Part shown: one piece after another, positions 19,879 through 32,537 of the stretch | How the letters are laid out: every line of letters begins with the position of its first letter | Position numbering within the stretch: the first letter of the stretch is position 1 | DNA from: Chlorokybus atmophyticus | Lineage: Eukaryota; Plantae; Mesostigma and Chlorokybus algae | Direction of reading: 5' to 3' | NCBI GenBank assembly: GCA_009103225.1 | Contig: RHPI01002090.1 | Location: 1,473,932 to 1,537,931, forward strand | Length of the DNA stretch: 64,000 bases | Position numbers and translations under genes: made by a program | The notes under the pieces: generated by a model | Told to the model about the DNA's origin: nothing | Database searches by the model: none | Seen by the model: the letters and a program-made list of their open reading frames with translations, nothing else

Positions 19879-21841
19879 TCACCGTGTTCGTCGCTCTTTG
19901 CCAATACGCTCAGCATTTAGCCGTTCCCATGCTGGAGGCGTATTGACTGGCGACACAACAACAGGAGGAGCCTGGGACTGTACATGACCGGTGATTTCAG
20001 GAAGTACATTTCCTTCTTGTTCATCGGCTTCTTCATCTTCATCTTGTGGCCATGGAACAGATATGCGGCTTTTTCCTCCTGTTGGCGATGATGCTCTACG
20101 ATGCCGGGTTTTCCCATACACGCTGCGGAAGAGAAACGTCAAATCCAGCCTCATTGCCTTCAATCAGTGTCAGCTGATCACCACCAGACCAGACAACTTA
20201 CATTATCTCTCTCAGCAGCTTCGTCGCCATCCACACCAGCGAGTCATGGGGCAGTATCTCGAGCTTGTTTCGCACTTTCTGAAGCAGACATTCTGCATCA
20301 GCAACAGAGCGACAGGGGAATGCTGAACAATGCGTGTGAGGCTGTCAGTTCAGCACGAGCGCAGTTACTTGTTTGCTAGCAGCAACGATGCCATGGCATC
20401 ATTCATATGTTGAGAACAGCATGCAATCGGCCAGAGTTACAGATTCACCTGGTTCAGCCGCCCCATGGCAGCCTCATACTCTGCATCCGTTACCTCGCGC
20501 ACCCGGCGAGGGCTGCACGATTGCCTTCGGTGGAAGTACGATCGCTCCGTAACAGCTCCCCTAGCAAGCCGGTCCGCTAGCTGATCCTCGTCCCAGTCGT
20601 CATAAAACTGTACATGCGAACTCGAGCTCGGGCCGCCGCTGTCCTCCCCAACATGGTGCTGGCTGCTGAAGGACGGCACGCTGGGGTCACTCATGCTCAA
20701 TGTTGTAAAGGTTGTCGTACTCGGCTGCTGCATTTGTGTACTCGCACTTGGCTCGCTGGTCAGGAAGCTGCTCTCGTAAAGAGGGGTGCTTCCCACTTGG
20801 CTGTCTGAATCGCTTTCTGAATTGCTGCTGATAGCCTCAGCGCTGTCTTCATCAGGAGAGTCCTGCATGGGATCAGGAGTAGGTACATCATGTCAAATCA
20901 AGAGCTGCTGTGCATGGCAATGTATATGTGTGTTAACAACTGTCCCGGACTGTAGTTGATGTACGCACTGTTTTCACGGAATCGGTTTCTGAGGAGGATG
21001 GTGAAGGTTTTCCGCCAGCTAGCAAGTCATCAATGGCATCGTCATGCGGGTCGAGAAACTCATTCTGTATGCGCGGTGTCCTGCCTTCTGTGCAGAGCGA
21101 GCAAACCTCCAATTAGCGCATGCAACAATGTGCTGATAGTGCTTGCAATGCTGCTGTGTCCATTCCCTTACTTTGCGGTCGGTGCTCGCTTTGCGGTCGG
21201 TTGTCTGTTTGGCTCTTGTCAACCACATCAACACCCGCATGCATCGCTGCAAGGAATCTCACTGTTCAGCTGCGGACTTGGGGAACCATTACAATTGAGT
21301 GATTCGACACAATTGCAGTGTACCGTCTCTGCTATGGTGGGGCCTTCTGCTGATGCTGGGGAAGAGCCATGGCGCATAGATCATTCCTGTCCTGTCCAGC
21401 CTTTCCCTCGCCTGCATTGGGAAATTCAAACGTATGCATCCCACGCCTTGGAAGTGGCAGCTGGTCCCACCAGATGTCACAAGTTTCGTTCAGTTACAGC
21501 CATCATTGAGCGAGTACAGCTCTAATCAGATCCTGCCCGCTGCACGCAAGCTAAGCTAGCTGGACAAAGTCAAACGGCGCACGAAGCCTTGTTTGCTTCC
21601 CTCTCTGTCGCGCAGCAAAAGGGAGCGAACCCAACCCACATCAAGTACATTGAGTTAGGCGCGGGCTATACCGTCAGGAATGGCTGCGGCGGTGGTGAGT
21701 TGTGGTGGTGGTGGTCGTCCTGTCCCGCAACGCCGTGAGTCGGCACTGGCTCCCACGCCTTCTTCCCACCTTTCCTCTTGTGCCTGGTGCTTGGGGCGGC
21801 ATCCGGCAGGCCGCCTGCATCCCCTCCAACGGCCGCCATCA
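19879..21841 (-). CDS. Hypothetical low-complexity acidic/Ser-rich protein, multi-exon (model approximate)
   Basis: GC-rich start region, then exon-like ORFs bounded by GT/AG: MAAVGGDAGG...QPFLT, RIQNEFLDPHDDAIDDLLAGG, DSPDEDSAE...GRLNQ, ECLLQKVRNKLEILPHDSLVWMATKLLREIM, AMRLDLTFLFRSVYGK...RRTR*. No family recognised; exon 2 unresolved. Confidence 0.5.
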
Positions 21842-23351
21842 CCGCCCCCGCCTCGCCCCGCTCCCGCCTCACCCCGCCTCGCCACTGCCTATTTGTGCGG
21901 CGGATTGGAGTGGCGCACGTGACCCGACAATCCGAAGATTTCGCCCTACCTGAGTCCTATCTGAGATCAGCAGTCGGTTTCCTTTTTGCAGCACCCTTCG
22001 CGACCCTTCATGACGGTTGCTTGTACTTCAAAACTCTTGCATGTTCCGTCAATAGAGTGTGCATCATCAATTTTGCAGCACCCTTCATGACGTGGACTTC
22101 AAGTGCTTACTGCCAGCAAGTTACTGAGAGGGGAGGAGGGGCCAAGCTTTGACACAAGGGCCCCACCTTTTTGTGGAACCTCAACCGTTGTTATTTATAT
22201 GCTGACATTTGGATAAAATGGTTTGCACCATTAATCATTTCATGAGCTTATAAATCGTAAGAACACTAGCAGCTTCTTTCATCTAAACGGCTTTTTATAC
22301 AACGGGCAATGTGCCATAAACAGTGAATATCGTCACAACATCTTCAAAACCGCAAACCATATAATGCATGAATGCAATTACCACATAAAGCACATGATAT
22401 AGCGAGTCCAGGGGCCTCGGATGCGGTTAAAACTATGTATGCCCGCTCTATGTATTGTTGTGGTGTGTGTTCAGCGTGAGCGTGGGCTACATTGTGTATC
22501 ATATATATGCATATATATACATAATGTATATCAATCAATAACATGTGATCATATGGCTTACAAGATGTGGAGTATTAATTGGTAATTATTTATATACAAT
22601 CGTACGTAATGTTACAAATGCACATGTTTAGTTATTTGTTGGAATAATCCGTTATTGACTTGCAATTGCGTATGAGATTCTGACTTTAACAAGAAGCACA
22701 CAATTTGACATTTCAATAACAAATGCATAAGATGCGTCGTACAATATAATACACAATAACATATTAAAATTTATCACATGAGTTGCATGCAACAACGCAT
22801 ACACGCATCAATTGTGTTGTACATAGTTGAAATGTTCAGTACTGCATGAGAATCGTTGGCACCTTTCGCTATTTATCATTGTATGATAACCTAACGAATG
22901 CCATTTCACAGACCTATTGTGCCATTTGCTAAAATCAATGCAGTTCAAGAATTTTTCCTCATACTAAACGAATAACTAAGAGGGNNNNNNNNNNNNNNNN
23001 NNNNNNNNNNNNNNNNNNNNNNNNNNNNNNNNNNNNNNNNNNNNNNNNNNNNNNNNNNNNNNNNNNNNNNNNNNNNNNNNNNNNNNNNNNNNNNNNNNNN
23101 NNNNNNNNNNNNNNNNNNNNNNNNNNNNNNNNNNNNNNNNNNNNNNNNNNNNNNNNNNNNNNNNNNNNNNNNNNNNNNNNNNNNNNNNNNNNNNNNNNNN
23201 NNNNNNNNNNNNNNNNNNNNNNNNNNNNNNNNNNNNNNNNNNNNNNNNNNNNNNNNNNNNNNNNNNNNNNNNNNNNNNNNNNNNNNNNNNNNNNNNNNNN
23301 NNNNNNNNNNNNNNNNNNNNNNNNNNNNNNNNNNNNNNNNNNNNNNNNNNN

Positions 23352-23404
<53 letters not shown>
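23352..23404. repeat. (CT)n microsatellite bordering an assembly gap
   Basis: CT dinucleotide run directly after the N-run 22985-23351. Confidence 0.95.
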
Positions 23405-23667
23405 ACTCGCTTGCTCGCTCGCGCGCGCTGCGCCGCGCCGCGTGTGCACATGGGTGCGCGGGGGTCTGTGCGCATGCGCGCGTGCGTACCTGCACTTGCA
23501 CCATTGCATCATGCGCGTTCATCTTTAGACGCGTACATCACAGCCCGCGCGCTGTTAAACATAAGTCCGCCTTATGTACATCAGCCAGCTGCACCTGCTT
23601 CACACCTAAACACCACTCCTATTGCAAACAGTCGCCAAGAATGCAGTCATCAGAGTGTAGTCATCTG

Positions 23668-26600
23668 TCAATCAGTGTCATTTCTCGCCGCCCCTCCAAG
23701 CAGCTGCCTGAGCATGAGCCTAGCGATTCGTGTGCAATCCACAGCGCTGCGCAGCACCGCTCGCGCCCTCAGTCTCAGCGCACCGCTCTCCACCAACGGC
23801 CGCTCCTCCCAGGCCCCGCCATCCGCCTGCCCCGCCCTCTTGGCCACCCTGAAGTACTGCTGCACTTCCAGGACCTGCAGGGGTGGAAGGGTGGTCAATC
23901 GAAGAGAGACCAAGAGCGTGCGCGCGCGTGCATGCGTGTGTGCTTATACGCACATGCTTGGGTGCGCACATGTGCTCATGTGGGCGCCTGGGTGTGGGCA
24001 CGCATGGGTGCGTGCCCACACCCACGCGTGCACGAGTGTGTCGCGAACACAGGGTGAGTTCGAAGGCTTTGTATACTTTACCATTGGACCGCGGCTGCAA
24101 GCGCGGGAGACGCAATCCTCAAGTTCTTGTGCATCGTCATGCGACACCCAGCCGCGTGCTCCCGCGTGCCAACCTCCACCAGTCTGTGAGGGAGAGCACA
24201 AGTCTATGGCAGGGTTCGGCTATGATGTCAAGAAAGTGTGACAGCACTACCAACCGCAACGATCCTGTCATGCTTGCCTGCAGCTGCACGCATCCATAGC
24301 GGCGAGCGATTGCACGCAAGGCCTGATGGGAGAGCTCTCTCTGTTGCTCTTCCTGTTGTTGTTGAAAAGGGTAGGGAGCTGATGAAGCGGACTTGAGGCC
24401 AAGCATGGCCATCGCACAGTCACCATCGGCCCAACACTCCGCCTGGTCAGTGCCATCTTCTGCATAGACACAGATTACACAAGAATAAGAGCCAACACGC
24501 ATTCACGAATTACAAATGATGATTATGCACATCTGCATAATTGTGGCAATGCGCACCCATCAAGACGCAGCCTTCCACATCAAACACGTATCGCTCCTGC
24601 TCCCCGCGTACGCAGCCCTCGCACACGCTTCCAGCCACCTGCAGCGCACGCATGAACACGTGATATGTTGGTGACACACTCATGCACGGGGCATGGACAT
24701 CACAATGCGCGATGCCAGAATGCGTGTACGCACCTGCTGTTCGCCCTCGCGCAGGCGGACGCCGTGAGGCAAATGAATCCCGCACGCGGGACAGCGCCAT
24801 CTCAACGTCAGCCTTTGCACCTCCACCACCTGCATGCATTGAAGGTTGAGGGAATGAGTGCGTGAGTTCTTGAATGCATCCATGCAGGTGCTTGCTCATG
24901 GTGACTCCCTCACTCTGCCTCTGATGTGGAAGCCCCTTGCGTCAATCGTGGCTGAAGCACAAGGGTCCAGCTCGGCGAGGAAGCGGTCGCACTCGCCTTC
25001 TTTTAATGCAACTCCTCCCGCCTGTGCACGTGTCCACGTCGCATCCACTCGCAAGACTTCAACATGAGTTGTGGAGCCAAAGGTCGCGTAGATGCTCAGA
25101 CTCTTCGCTCTTTTGCACAAGACAAGAATCCATGTTGATGTTTGGATGCGGGTATACACACGCGCCAGCACTGTAGTTCAGCAGTTGCCATGTTTGCTCA
25201 CACTCTGCGTTGGATGCGAAGCAGCCGCACCAAGGCGCCGGGACAAACAGCGAGAGGAAGGGCGTGCTCGTTGAGGGAGAAATACACATCCATCTGCCCC
25301 GCAATGAAGAGTAAAGAAACAAGCCTCACACCAAAGCCCGACAACCACACACATGTATGCTGCTTTCTCACCATGTCCCTCGCAGAGTTCTTGTCTGCAA
25401 TCTTCACAGCCCACTTGCCCTCCCCAGCGTCTCGTACGGCGTCCACCATGCCCTCCACGCTCACGCAGTCGTCCGGGAAGGCGCCGTAGCCGTTCCGATT
25501 GACCACGAGCGCGTTGCGAACACTAAGCACTTGTCGCTGCTGCTGCTGCTGCATTCCTTGAGTCAATGAGGCGATGTTGGCGTGTGTGAGCCGCTTGAGA
25601 GGAGAGTGCACACCTATTGAGCTTGTGCTGTTGACAATGCCGCCGTTGACTTGCATGGAAAAGACCCCGCCGATGGTGACGAGCTGAGGCACGCGGGACA
25701 GCAAGTGAGTACAACAACAAATCGTTGCTGGATGAGCCGCAACGACAGTAATAACAACAACAACAACACGTAACAACCTCAAATGAGGCGGCGGCTGCAC
25801 CGTGAAGAGAGAGCTGCACACTGCGCTGAGTTGCAGGATTGAGGCGATCGATTGCAACCGCCTCTACCAGAAGCTTGCACCGCCCTGTCGCGGCCTGCAG
25901 CTGTCTGTACTTGTGCACGACATGCACCATGACGCAGCCATCATCATTGCCATTTGCATCATCAGCGCAGTGGTTGTAGTCTTCATCTACGTCCGTCCTC
26001 TTCCCGGATGTAATCACAAACATGTCGACCGCACGCATCCACACGCAGCAGTGTGGTAGCGAAGCTGAAACCGAAGCTGAAGCCGAAGCTGAAGCATCAC
26101 CAAACCTGTGCACCAGAATGGTGTAGTCTTTAACCAGGAATGTTGATCCGACGAGCTCGTTGAACTGCGATAAGGATGATGATGATGAAGAAGATGATGA
26201 TGGTAGGCTTTCCTCCTGGAGAGCTGCATCCATGCGCGTCCCAAGCCCATCACTCAGAAACAACCTGCCAGCGCTCTCGTCGCCCTGGTGAGAGATAAAT
26301 ACACAGCTGTGAACACACAACACATCGAGAGAGACTGTCATCAACCTCACTGCCCTCTTTCTCTCTTTCTCTCTCCCTTCTCACCTCCAACCTTGCGATT
26401 AGTGGCTGTTCCGCCTTGGCTGCCATTGCGGTCGTGACTCTCTCCCCTGCACGCGTGGCTCCTTCACCCATGTGTGCGCTGTGGTGTTGGCGGGCTGAGT
26501 CGAGCAGAGCGGACAGGGTTTGCAACTGCGATATGAGCGTGCGCGTGTGCACGACAGACAGGAGGGGGAGGGCCATAGATTAAGGAGGACATGAGTCACT

Positions 26601-27047
26601 GAGTACCTTTGGAATTGAGTTGTCATTGGATGGACTGTGAAGGTGTACGTCGCAGTCATGCAAAAGAATGTTGGCGTAACCGTCCTGCTCAAGCAACTTG
26701 CATTCCACGAGCAAACAATCGCCACGACCGAATCAGCCAAAGTGCGGAGTGCTTGTATATGAGTACTTGCTGAGTACTTACTCGACGTGTTGCGGACGCG
26801 AGTCCATACTGTTTTAGACAGAGCTGCAAAAGGCGACGACAAAACTCTCCTTCCTCCTGGATTGCGTGTGAATGACGCATACACATACAATCGCACACAC
26901 ATCAGCAGCAGCTGTGCGCCTCAATCAGCATCATGCACCACCTGAGGGGTATCGCACCGCACAAGCTTCATCTTGGGCATGCTGCGCATGGCTTCAAGCA
27001 GCCTGAAGATTGCAATGTCACAAAGAAGAAAGGGCATGCATGCATGC

Positions 27048-27091
<44 letters not shown>

Positions 27092-28951
27092 NNNNNNNNN
27101 NNNNNNNNNNNNNNNNNNNNNNNNNNNNNNNNNNNNNNNNNNNNNNNNNNNNNNNNNNNNNNNNNNNNNNNNNNNNNNNNNNNNNNNNNNNNNNNNNNNN
27201 NNNNNNNNNNNNNNNNNNNNNNNNNNNNNNNNNNNNNNNNNNNNNNNNNNNNNNNNNNNNNNNNNNNNNNNNNNNNNNNNNNNNNNNNNNNNNNNNNNNN
27301 NNNNNNNNNNNNNNNNNNNNNNNNNNNNNNNNNNNNNNNNNNNNNNNNNNNNNNNNNNNNNNNNNNNNNNNNNNNNNNNNNNNNNNNNNNNNNNNNNNNN
27401 NNNNNNNNNNNNNNNNNNNNNNNNNNNNNNNNNNNNNNNNNNNNNNNNNNNNNNNNNNNNNNNNNNNNNNNNNNNNNNNNNNNNNNNNNNNNNNNNNNNN
27501 NNNNNNNNNNNNNNGGGGGGATGCAAGGAAATTGTTACATGGTTGAGGCAACATTAACATACCAAAGCGTTGCTCTGAAGGTAAGGCCCAAAGCATAATG
27601 CCGCAGCTCGCAGTCTGCAGGAAGCAATTCGATCATCCGCCTGGCAAGCATTAATGGTCATGACACGCATCATACACCCGCTCGTTAATCTTATTTTCAG
27701 CTGACTCACTGGGTAGTGTCTGGTAGTGCAGCGCAGCGTGTGACAAATACGCTGCTGGATGCACATGCAGCAACCCACACAACCTCTCCATCGTCGCCTG
27801 CTCCCTTCCTCACAGCATGCACATGCCACAAGCAGACCTGCAAGATAAGCTAAGCTAGCTTGACGTACGTAGACAAACACATATGCTAACATGTACATAC
27901 ATATGTTAACGAATATATGTGCATACACACGTGCAAGCAGCACAGCCCCAACCTGTACCTGCAGTGTCACATAGGCGATAAACTCAAGCATGCGTGCACA
28001 CGCACACACGCATATGCTCTCTGCCAAGCACGCGTGAAAGAATGTTGCTTGCAACACAGTACACACCTCAGAGCCAATGAGCAGGTCCGGTATGTCGTCC
28101 GCAGGGTAATGTGCCATCAACACGTGCATACGTCCATTGTCAAGCACGAGTGCTGCCCCCGCATGCTCCACGCCCGTCACGACACCCGTATAGGATAACA
28201 CCCTCCCCCCCTCCTCACAATCCGCTTTGCCATCACCATCACCATCACCGTCCATGCTAATGCATGCGGAGTCTTCAGCGCACAACATTCGCAATGACGG
28301 TTGCTGTTGGTCATCGATTGCCATCGCCTTTGCCTTCACGGGCGCGATCGTAATGTTGCGACCGAGGTGCTGGAGGAGGAAAGAGCGATGCTGCTCGTCA
28401 TGCTGATGACCAAACAAGAGCCTGATAGTCTCTTTGTGGCAGCGCAGCGTTGCAACAAAGAGCGGGGGAGAGCTCGCGTAGGCGATTGCGGGCGTGACAG
28501 AGACGAGCTTGCCTTGGACAGTGATCTGATCATTCTTGAGGGGTGTTACTATTGATGGTAAGGGGAGAGTCAATGTGGCAGGGGGCGAAGTTGAGGTCTG
28601 AACTAAAGCGCAGGTCGCCGGTTGCTTGGCGTCCATTGCTGTGCTCTATGTTGTCACTGCCATGCACATTTTCGTTTGATGTTCTAGGGTGCTTGCTAAC
28701 AACCTTCGACCCAACACACGCAATGTGAGCAAGGAGTATGCACCTGTCCCTCGCAGTGCAGCACACACATATTGCTCAACTAGCTGCTCTGCTTCGCTCA
28801 TTGCCTCTCTGTGCTGCGTGCCAGGGGAAGTGGCCTGCCTGACTCATGCTGTTATTTCCAGCCTGCAGCGGCATGCGCGCAGCTGCCTTGTTCTCCCAGA
28901 TGTGGCAGCCACCGACGCCACCGACGCCACCGACAAGTGTCGGCCGCCCAT
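23668..28951 (-). CDS. CTC1: CST complex subunit CTC1 (multi-OB-fold telomere protein), multi-exon, 5' end uncertain (possibly up to ~31050)
   Basis: Segments resemble plant/animal CTC1 as I recall them: ITVQGKLVSVTPA...LFVATLRC, LSYTGVVTGVEHAGAALVLD, zinc-ribbon RWRCPACG followed by EDGTDQAECWADGDCAMAMLGL (cf. human [22 protein letters not shown]), and C-terminal VDCTRIARLMLRQLLG. A gap at 27092-27513 lies in an intron. Confidence 0.7.
27050..27091. repeat. (GA)n microsatellite bordering an assembly gap
   Basis: GA run immediately before the N-run 27092-27513. Confidence 0.95.
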
Positions 28952-31329
28952 GCCGCCGCCCACTCCGTCGCCGCCGCTGCCCGGGCTGTAAGCATGGCGG
29001 GAAAAACCATTGTGGGTGGCAGGAAGCGGCATTGGTGGACTGGTGGATTGTGATCTGAAGCGAACACTCTATCTGGGACAAAAGGTCTACCAGGAGGTAT
29101 GATGTGGGTCAAAGTGCGCCTGTAAGCTCGCTAGCGATATGCGAATCCCCGGTGGCACACACGAGGTTAGTACACTACATCCTGCCACAAGAACGGCGCA
29201 CGCGGTGCAAGGGCTCGCAAGAGTCGGACTCTCAAGTGTCTGCGTGTGCGAGCGGGGATTGCCTGAGTGTTCAATTCCTTGCCATCAGCCGCATGCAATT
29301 GCACGCTGCATGGACATGCGCACATGTGGGCATACACACGCTGCACTGTAGTTGTCTACTGTTACACTTCCTTACGTAAGCATTACGCACATGCAGTCAA
29401 TTGGCGCATTGACAAGACAAGCGCATGTGCACACTCATTATGCCTGAGGCAGTGTGTATGAGCGTGATTGCGTGCGTGCGCTGGTACGATGTATGAGCTG
29501 AAGTCTCTGTTCACCTCACCCTTCTCGATCCATCCCTTTCCTCTCTCTCGCCTTCTTTATCTGTCCACTGCCTCTTTCAAATATACTAACGCAGGCTGCT
29601 GGGTTGTTGCTGGTGCATGCTGTTGGCAAGGGTATGGGCATGGCATGGACTACGCGAAGCCCAGCTAGTGTCAAAAGTCACTTGTAGCAGGTGCCATTTT
29701 CCCGCCCTTGCGCCGCGTAGGTACTTGTTATTGTTGTCGTTGTGGTTGTTGTTGCTCCGCCAGCACTTTGTGATTGCTGAACAGGCTGGCGTTGGTGGCG
29801 ATACCAAGCACTTCAGGTGAGCTGCGCATTTCGCCCACATGCACACGCAATCACGTGCACACCTCTCGTCCTCATTTCACAGGTTGCACCTCTTTTGATG
29901 ACCATACACACACGCGCCAATGCACTGCACGGACGTATGCACACATATATCCTCACCAACCCGTGCGCACATGTGTGCTATCTGACATGAAGTGTGCTGT
30001 ATGCGTGTGCGTTGATGCAGGCACTCTTGCAATCAGTACGCGCGGAAGGAGAAGGNNNNNNNNNNNNNNNNNNNNNNNNNNNNNNNNNNNNNNNNNNNNN
30101 NNNNNNNNNNNNNNNNNNNNNNNNNNNNNNNNNNNNNNNNNNNNNNNNNNNNNNNNNNNNNNNNNNNNNNNNNNNNNNNNNNNNNNNNNNNNNNNNNNNN
30201 NNNNNNNNNNNNNNNNNNNNNNNNNNNNNNNNNNNNNNNNNNNNNNNNNNNNNNNNNNNNNNNNNNNNNNNNNNNNNNNNNNNNNNNNNNNNNNNNNNNN
30301 NNNNNNNNNNNNNNNNNNNNNNNNNNNNNNNNNNNNNNNNNNNNNNNNNNNNNNNNNNNNNNNNNNNNNNNNNNNNNNNNNNNNNNNNNNNNNNNNNNNN
30401 NNNNNNNNNNNNNNNNNNNNNNNNNNNNNNNNNNNNNNNNNNNNNNNNNNNNNNNNNNNNNNNNNNNNNNNNNNNNNNNNNNNNNNNNNNNNNNNNNNNN
30501 NNNNNNNNNNNNNNNNNNNNNNNNNNNNNNNNNNNNNNNNNNNNNNNNNNNNNNNNNNNNNNNNNNNNNNNNNNNNNNNNNNNNGGGGGACAAGTTGATG
30601 TGGCATATGATGTTTGCATTGTGTGTATGTGCACGCAAGTGGGTAGGTCGACAGCAGTAGTAGTAGTCAATTCGCGCGCGTGCAAGCGTGCGCTGCATTT
30701 GTGCAGCATGACATGGCACATGCAGTTTGCTTCGCACATGTGCATGCGTGTGTGCAAAAGCAAGCATGCACATGCGCGCATATGATGGGTGGGCCATCAT
30801 CAGCGGTAGCGGTCGTTGATTGCTTGGCGTCCACCTCTTGAAACCGACGCCCCTGTTTGTCCACCATCATTAGCAGGAAGGACTGGACTGATGGACTCAG
30901 CGGCCGCAATGACGCAGCTGCAACGAAGAAGCGGTTGCCACCATGGCAGCCGTACTGACGCTGACCTGGCTGAATTGCAAGTGCACAGGGGCTCCGATGT
31001 GGTTGCAAGAACCTCTGTCACTTGCTCCAGATTGGCGGTGAAGGTCATGCCTCACTTAGTTCGCTTGCTGTGTGTCAGTCGACCTGCAGTCATTGATGGT
31101 GTGCACATGTGTTTGAGAGTGCACGCACGCGCGTGCAAGTGTGTGTGCGTTGCTGTCCATGTGTTGCAAAGGATGACTGTGTCAGCCTTAACCTGCTCCG
31201 AAGGATGACCGGAGGGTGTAGGAAACGTTGGGTGGCAGCGTGGGCTTTAGAGATTGCTCTCAATTTGTGTTTCTGCACTGGAAGAAGCAGATGCAAGATT
31301 CTGTTGCTGTCAAATTGTGTGTTGCTTGT

Positions 31330-31621
<292 letters not shown>

Positions 31622-31853
31622 NTTTGCCGTAATAGCGCTAATACAACACATTTTGTCAGCTATTGCAAGCTCATTGGGTATATAAGCTATGGAAAAATGT
31701 GCACGCTCTCATCGTAATTAATTGATATTCAACATTTTATTTGTAATGGCATTGTTATCAATACGTCAAGCTTATACGCTTGTTATGAATTGATTAATTT
31801 GTGACTTTCAAACGCATGCCGCTCGGCATATATGGGCATATATGGGCATATAT

Positions 31854-32190
31854 TGTAAGAGAGGGGTGCCTCCCTCCTCCCTTCAATCCCCTACCCCAAC
31901 ACCACCACCAGCCACCACGCCCACGACGCCGCCGCCAGGGGGAACTGCCGAAGCAGAAGATCCCCTGGCTATGGCGGTCGCTGCGTTAGCAGCGCCGCCA
32001 TGCGGCTGATATCGACATGAGACTCATGTCTCATGTCGATATCAGTGTTACAGATAAGTAACACTACATTAGGGCCTTAACATGAGTTAACGGCCCTAAT
32101 ATGGCTTAATAGGCTGTATAATCCCGTTGGGACCCTTATTTAATCCTAAATAAGGGCGGGGAACCTCTATGGAGGTAGCACACCGTTACA
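31854..32190 (-). repeat. 3' LTR (337 bp)
   Basis: Matches 39626-39933 apart from 9 substitutions and a 29-bp indel. Confidence 0.97.
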
Positions 32191-32202
32191 TTCCCCCCCA
32201 CT
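32191..32202 (-). other. Polypurine tract
   Basis: Minus-strand AGTGGGGGGGAA immediately precedes the 3' LTR TGTAAC. Confidence 0.9.
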
Positions 32203-32329
32203 AAGGTTTCAATGTCCTCATTAAAGGGTTAGCAAAGCCCCACCACGAGTAAAAAAACGAAGTAGTAAGAGAATCAGGGCCGAAGCGGTAAAGATGTCTG
32301 CCAGCACCCTTTTACCGTCCGCGTGTGGA

Positions 32330-32537
32330 CACAGTACTCTAGTACCCCCGAAGAATCTCCTGGCAGTTGGTAAGATTCCTTTCGGGGCTATTATGTATTG
32401 TGCTCAACACCATACCCTTTCCATTTTACCAAGTAAGACGGCGCGCGTCCGCGTCGAGGCTTACGATGACTCAGGATTGCTTCCACCTCATACTCAACAG
32501 TATCGTCGCCATCCACTGCAACGGGGGGTGGAGGAGG
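32330..32537 (-). pseudogene. Integrase C-terminal chromodomain with premature stops
   Basis: [63 protein letters not shown]. Confidence 0.9.

Noticed and set aside
22945-30800. ORFs containing long X runs (22.9-23.5, 26.9-27.6, 29.8-30.8 kb; also ~52 kb)
   Set aside because: They are open only because they cross N gaps.
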